Of a stretch of 64,000 bases of DNA, positions 58,628 to 64,000 are shown one piece after another. How positions within the stretch are numbered: position 1 is the first letter of the stretch; every line of letters begins with the position of its first letter. Location of the stretch: NCBI RefSeq assembly GCF_009914755.1, contig NC_060941.1. One strand, written 5' to 3'. A program made the position numbers and the translations under genes. The stretch comes from the human T2T-CHM13v2.0 reference genome, Homo sapiens. The notes under the pieces were generated by a model. It was not told the DNA's origin and ran no database searches. It saw only the letters and a program-made list of their open reading frames with translations.

Positions 58628-59709
58628 ATGTCTCAGAAAATTTTAAGCAATGCTAGGCTGCCCTCAGGACACACCCAGTCCACAGAGACCTCTGGTAATG
58701 GCCTAATCATTCTGTGGGGCATTTTTTCATGTTTTCTACCTTTCCATCACAACTAAGGAAAAGCTGTACAAAAGTTATGATCCACGACGGGGTTTTCAAA
58801 ACAGATAGGGCTTTAACAAAATCTGGGCCCATAAATAATCTACGAATCCCTAGGGCCCCAGGGAAACTCCAGTGTCCAACTCCCTCAAATTCCTGACCTT
58901 CTCAAATCCCAGGCCTTCAAAAGAGGCCTCTCTCATTTATCTGTGAAAGAGCAAAAAATCCTCCTCACCCTTGCCTGGGAAGGAAAAGAGAGTTATTGTG
59001 GACAAGAGTCCCTATGAGCAAAGTAATTGGCAATGAGAGTATTTCCAACAGAAAGGCCCCTCTCAGGTGCTAAGTTGCTCCGACCATTCTCTTCAGGGAT
59101 CACTTCAGTCCCTAGAAGCCTCACATGCAAGCTTTTTCCTGAAGCTTAATCTCTCACATGTGTACTATATATTCAACTTTCCAACACTTTGTCACATCTA
59201 TGATATCATTTGATCCTCATGCAAACCCAAAGAGGATGAGTGAGTCGTTTTGTGTCCAGTTTGCAGAAGAAGCCGTGAATTTCAAGGAAGTACCTTGTCA
59301 AGTCATATCAACTAGAAGAGGGACCAAACCCACAACTTCTGACTCCTAGGCTGATGGCCTTCCCATTTCACCATGCTGCTGTACACACCTTCCTCCCCGC
59401 CCCCACCCCTGCTTTTCTCTGCATCCTTTGTGATCCTAGGGAAGCTGTGGCGAAGGATGTCTTCTGTTCCTTCTCTTCCCTGCTTTCCTTTTCTTCTGCT
59501 TAGGCATTCCTTATCACCTCTAGGTATTCAGTGTCTTCTTCTTACACCCTAGGTGCCCAGGACCTCTTCTTCCCTTTTCTGCTTTTTTTCCAGCACATTC
59601 CTACTCTTTCTACCCCCAAGCAGCTCCAAACACAAGGATCAAAAACTACAGGAATCAGAAAGATTGCTGGAAATGAGGCAATTGGGCTGGACTTAGGAAA
59701 CAATTGGGT

Positions 59710-60215
59710 TCATGTAAAAACTTGTTCACCAATGTTCATAGAAGCATTATTCACAATAGCCAAACAGTAGAAGTAAACTAGATGGCAAACAACTGACGAA
59801 TGGGTAAACAAAATGTGGTATATCCATATAATGGAATATTATTCAGCCATTAAAATGAATCACATATGATCCATGCTACGACTTGGATGAACCTTGAAAA
59901 TGTAATGCTGAGTGAAAGAAGCCAGACACAAAGTGCTAAATGTTGTATGATTCCACTTATATGCTATGCCCAGAATAGGCAAATCCATACAGACAGAAAG
60001 TAGATTAGTGGTTTCAGGAACAGCAGGCGGAGAGATAGGGGAATGACAGCTAATGAATGTGTGGTTTCTTTCTAAAATGATGAAAATGGTCTGGCATTAG
60101 ACACTGGTGATAGTTGCACAACCAAGTGAATACGCTAAAACCACTGAATTACATACTTGAACAGGGTGAATTTTATGGTATATGAGTTATAACTCAATTA
60201 AAATAAAAAGAAACA
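59710..60215 (+). mobile_element. L1MB-type 3' end
   Basis: 'aatgttcatagaagcattattcacaatagccaaa...ggatgaaccttgaaaa...aaaaccactgaattacatactt...ctcaattaaaataaa'. Confidence 0.88.
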
Positions 60216-61521
60216 AGTGTAAGTAAAAGAGACTACATTAATCTTGTCCCCTTTAAAGACAGCAGCTCCGATTCAGCCTCAGCTAATTACAGTGGAAGAA
60301 TGTGGTCCCAGTCTTGAAATATTTTCAGTGTTTTGAAGAGAAGTTGAAAATCAAAAATTTTGGTAAAGTCTTTTTATTTTTATAATTTAGAAAATAATTC
60401 AGAAAACTAAATTATTTGCAGTCCATATAATCTTGGACCTACAAAGACCACTAGCCACCATTTTGTCACCTCTACCATCATGGATGGTTGAGTTTTCATA
60501 CTCCATCCAACAAAATAAAAGTGCTGTAGTTATTGAAAAAGCAACTACCTATTGTTCCTCTAACAAGCTCTCAGGATCTCTGATCAATGACGAGAAGGTG
60601 GATATACCCTTCCTAGTCACTGTGCAAGCACAGCATATTTTCTCCCTGAAGACCAGCCCCAGACCCCACCTCCTCTGATCTTCTCACTTCATATTTAATG
60701 AATAATTTTTTCAGTGTCAACTAGGTACCAGACACTCTTCTAGGTGCTACAGAAAAAAACAAATGAATAAGTCAAGGTCCCTACTTTTAAGGAATTCAGT
60801 CAAACGAAGACAGACAGATTTGTAAACAAATCAAGGTAATACAAGACAGAATTAAACCAGAGCCTGATAGCAGTACAAACAGTGTACTATGGGGAACACA
60901 GACAAAGCAGCTATTAATTCTGCCTGAAAATATCAGGGAAGGCATTGCAGAAGAGATGGCATTTGGCTGAGCCATGAGGGTAGTTAAGTTAACCAGGTGG
61001 AAAAAAAGAAAGAGAGAGAAAGAACAAAATAAAGGAGAGAAGAAAGAAGGAATTAAATAGATGGAATTAAATTGAGAGCATGATAAAGAAATGAGGCAGA
61101 AACTGGAAGAGTGGATTTCACCCTCCCTTAGGCCCACAATAGGCCTTACACAGTCTTCTTATGGCCTCTATGATGTTGGGTGAGAAAAACTTGCTTACAT
61201 GATTCTCTCACACTGAAATGTGAGTTCCATGAAGGGAAGGATCATGTTTTATTCATCTCGATGTCATCAATATCCTAGCCACAAGACTGATACATAGTAA
61301 GTGCTCAGTAAAAGTTGGTAAAATGAGTGAATTTGTGAAACAACAATCAGAACAGTGAGACTAGGGCATGTATGGGGAAAGAAAAAACAATCCATTTTGG
61401 CTAGAGATAAGGAACACAAAAGGGCTATAGTGGAAATGGAGGTTGGAAAAGCAGATTAGAGGTCAAATCAGGTAATATGTAGAATCACAGGCATTCAATT
61501 TGGTGTTAGAAGGCCTTTTTA

Positions 61522-61811
61522 GGCTGGGTGCAGTGGCTCACACCTATAATCCCAGCACTTTGGGAGGCTGAGGCAGGTAGATCACCTGAGCTCAGGAGTT
61601 CAAGACCAGCCTAGGCAACATGGCGAAACCCCATCTTTACTAAAAATACCAAAATTGGGTGGGCATGGTGGTGCACGCCTGTAATCCCAGCTACTCGGGA
61701 AGCTGAGGCAGGAGAATCGCTTGAACCCAGGAGACAGAGAATCGAGCCACCACACTCCAGCCTAGGCGACAAAGTGAGACTCCGTCTCAAAAAAAAAAAA
61801 AAAAAAAAAAA
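61522..61811 (+). mobile_element. AluS with a small right-arm deletion and a long A tail
   Basis: Alu dimer; 'gagacagagaatcgagccacc' lacks the usual 'gttgcagtgagcc'. Confidence 0.94.
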
Positions 61812-62009
61812 GATGGCTTTTCTAGTGTATCATGGATTATGTGGATGAGACAGCTTCTTTCCATTCCCACACATTTCTCAGGCTCCAAAACATTTTAAAG
61901 AGGAAAAAATGACTACATAAAGGCAAGAAAACACAGAGTAGATGCTCAGTAATAGTCTTAAAAAAATTGAATGAAAGAGTGAGTTACTCCATCCCAGAAT
62001 GCTGTTGGT

Positions 62010-62880
62010 TTTTATATAATCACAGTGTACTCCTAGCTCACATTCTATTTGTGGTCAGTTCTGACCCCCACATGTTTTTCTGTGATACTCTTACCTATCC
62101 TATATTTGTATTCTTGGATGTAGGTCTTTATAAGCACATTTTCATATTAAGTTTCAACCGTAATTATCATAGCCTTATTTTTTCAATGCATAGGGTCATT
62201 TAGAACTTTATTACTGTTTTCCAGAAAAGCAAAACCATACCAAATTTGGGACCCACAAATTTGATGCACACATTCTTGATTTCTTTGTCCAGAATGTCAA
62301 TAAATAAGCTGAACAGACTGGTCCTCAGGACCAATCCCTACTGGACCATCACTCAATATGTCTACTATTTATTCACCATCTCCATTATCTACAAATCTTC
62401 CACCCAGATATTCAGCTTGTTAAAAGCAACGTAGTCCAGATTCTACTTTTCTGAGGTTATACAGTGAAACAGATTATACTGGAGACTTCTCTCTGGTCTT
62501 GTTCTATTGCTATAATAAATTAAGGTAATCTGTATGATTTGCTCTCACAGAACCATGTTGACTCCTCTTCAGTGTCTCAAGATTTCCTGGATGACTGCAA
62601 ATTGATTGTTTGATGGTTCTTTCTCATTTTTCCTAAAGATCAATAAGTTGGTGGTCTTTAATTACTAGGGTCGTTCCGTGTTTCTCCCCTTCCTGTTTCA
62701 AAGACAGCCATATTTGTCCTTTTCTGGTCTTTAGGGACTTCTCCAGTTCTCCATGACTTCTCAAAAGTAATGACCTGTGAGTCTGTAGCCACATCTGTTT
62801 GTCTAGCAAGTATCCCAAGGTGCATATCATCAAATTCAGTGAATTTGAATACTTCCATTTTTCCTTCCCTCATTAACAAT
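62010..62880 (-). mobile_element. CR1/L3 LINE ORF2 relic
   Basis: ORF 62658..62879(-) 'DDMHLGIL...VITFEKSWRTGEVPKDQKRTN...NDPSN' resembles the CR1 motif 'DG.HPRVL...IIFEKSWRTGEVPEDWKRAN...EDPGNYRP'. Confidence 0.8.
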
Positions 62881-63754
62881 TTCTCTTCCTTTGATTAGTG
62901 TTCATTTCCCAAATTCCACCTTGACTGAATTTATTGTAGTCAACTACTTACTTGTGATCTAGGCTGAAGAGACAGGATAGAAGACATTAAAAAGTTCAGC
63001 CTTATCCATCCTGATATTAATAATAATTGCTTCTTGATCGTGAGATCAAATTTTTTTTCTAGCCTATTCTTTTGGCCAAGTGATCTTTTAAAAAATTGTT
63101 TAGATTTTGCTTTTCTGCACATGCTCATTAGATGTTTCTCCCAGTTGTGACCATTCTTATTCTATCCCTCTTCTACTATTCCCTTATGTTCTGTTTAAGG
63201 CATCTGTCCTAATTTTCCACACGTTGTGTACCTATTTTATACAGAAAAGTACTGGGTACTAAGGACACAAAGCAATGAAAAACATAGCCTTACCATTAAT
63301 TTCACAGTTTAGTTCAAGAAAATAACACGAAAGAAAAATATAAGTACTCCTTCTGCTGTATGCCTACACTGCCTCTATTATAAAACTGATTTCAATATAT
63401 TGTGATCATCTGTTTACTTCTCCTTTTTGACCTCCTCAAAAGTAGGGATGACATCATATTCATCTGAAACCCCAATGTCTCACATGGTGCCTGACACATT
63501 AGAGGGACTCAATATGTGTTTGATAAAGGATGAGACAGAGGAGACAATGTACAATAACATCTGCTAGATGTTGCAGATGGTTAATTCTACAGAGGAAAGA
63601 TCACTCCTCTAGAGTATGATGGTCAAGGAAGATCCCATACTTTTCCATTCCATATAGAATTCTATAGACATTTCAATGTTTGTTTTCTCACCTTCCCTGA
63701 ATTTAATGGTAGAGTTGATTCCCTTTACCTTACCCTTTTAAATATTTTCATTAG

Positions 63755-63925
63755 TATTATTTTAATTGACAAGTTATATTTGGATATAGTTGTGGGGTAC
63801 AAAGTGATGTTTTGATATATGTATACAATGTAGAATGACTGAATCAAGCTAATTAACATATCCATCACCTCACTTACTTATCATTTCTTTGTGGTAAGGC
63901 ACCTGAACTTTACTCTCTTAGTTGT
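63755..63925 (-). mobile_element. L1MA-type extreme 3' end
   Basis: 'ggggtacaaagtgatgttttgatatatgtatacaatgt...aatcaagctaattaacatatccatcacctca'. Confidence 0.85.
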
Positions 63926-64000
63926 TTAACCCTTGTTTTTTTGAAAACCAGGATATGCTCCTACTTACAGGAAACTTTCTCCTATACTAAGTGTATTAGT

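Noticed and set aside
63941-64000. AG|GATATGCTC as the next ANKFN1 exon (expected to start 'DILSYH...')
   Set aside because: It translates DMLLLTGNFLLY*, which does not match. It reaches a stop, has a purine-rich acceptor and shows no donor. The true next exon should lie beyond the window.

Overview
This is primate DNA, almost certainly human: AT-rich, CpG-depleted and dense in Alu, L1, L2 and MIR repeats. The window lies inside one large + strand gene, ANKFN1 (ankyrin repeat and fibronectin type III domain containing 1; orthologue of mouse Nmf9/mWAKE and fly wide awake). I recognise it from memory of the protein. Seven consecutive coding exons were read directly from the sequence: 28488-28585, 31004-31094, 37241-37348, 45024-45123, 45420-45552, 46026-46142 and 54522-54737. 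All have canonical AG/GT boundaries with compatible phases, and they join into one open frame of 288 residues (VEWSMSEDF...DILLITIQ) covering the second half of the FN3 domain and the conserved region after it. Bases 1-28487 and 54738-64000 are intronic. Nearly all ORFs in the supplied track are repeat-derived or spurious. I found no RNA gene, CRISPR array, prokaryotic insert or convincing new biological system. The best leads are: (i) a zero-spacer head-to-head junction of two L1 subfamilies at the same ORF2 position near 2430; (ii) inverted Alu pairs predicting circRNA and A-to-I editing; (iii) a CpG-retaining candidate internal promoter or first exon near 22.8-23.1 kb; (iv) several perfect short hairpins, one containing an RFX X-box; (v) RBFOX motifs upstream of frame-neutral exons. 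Repeat subfamily names come from recalled consensus features, not a database search.
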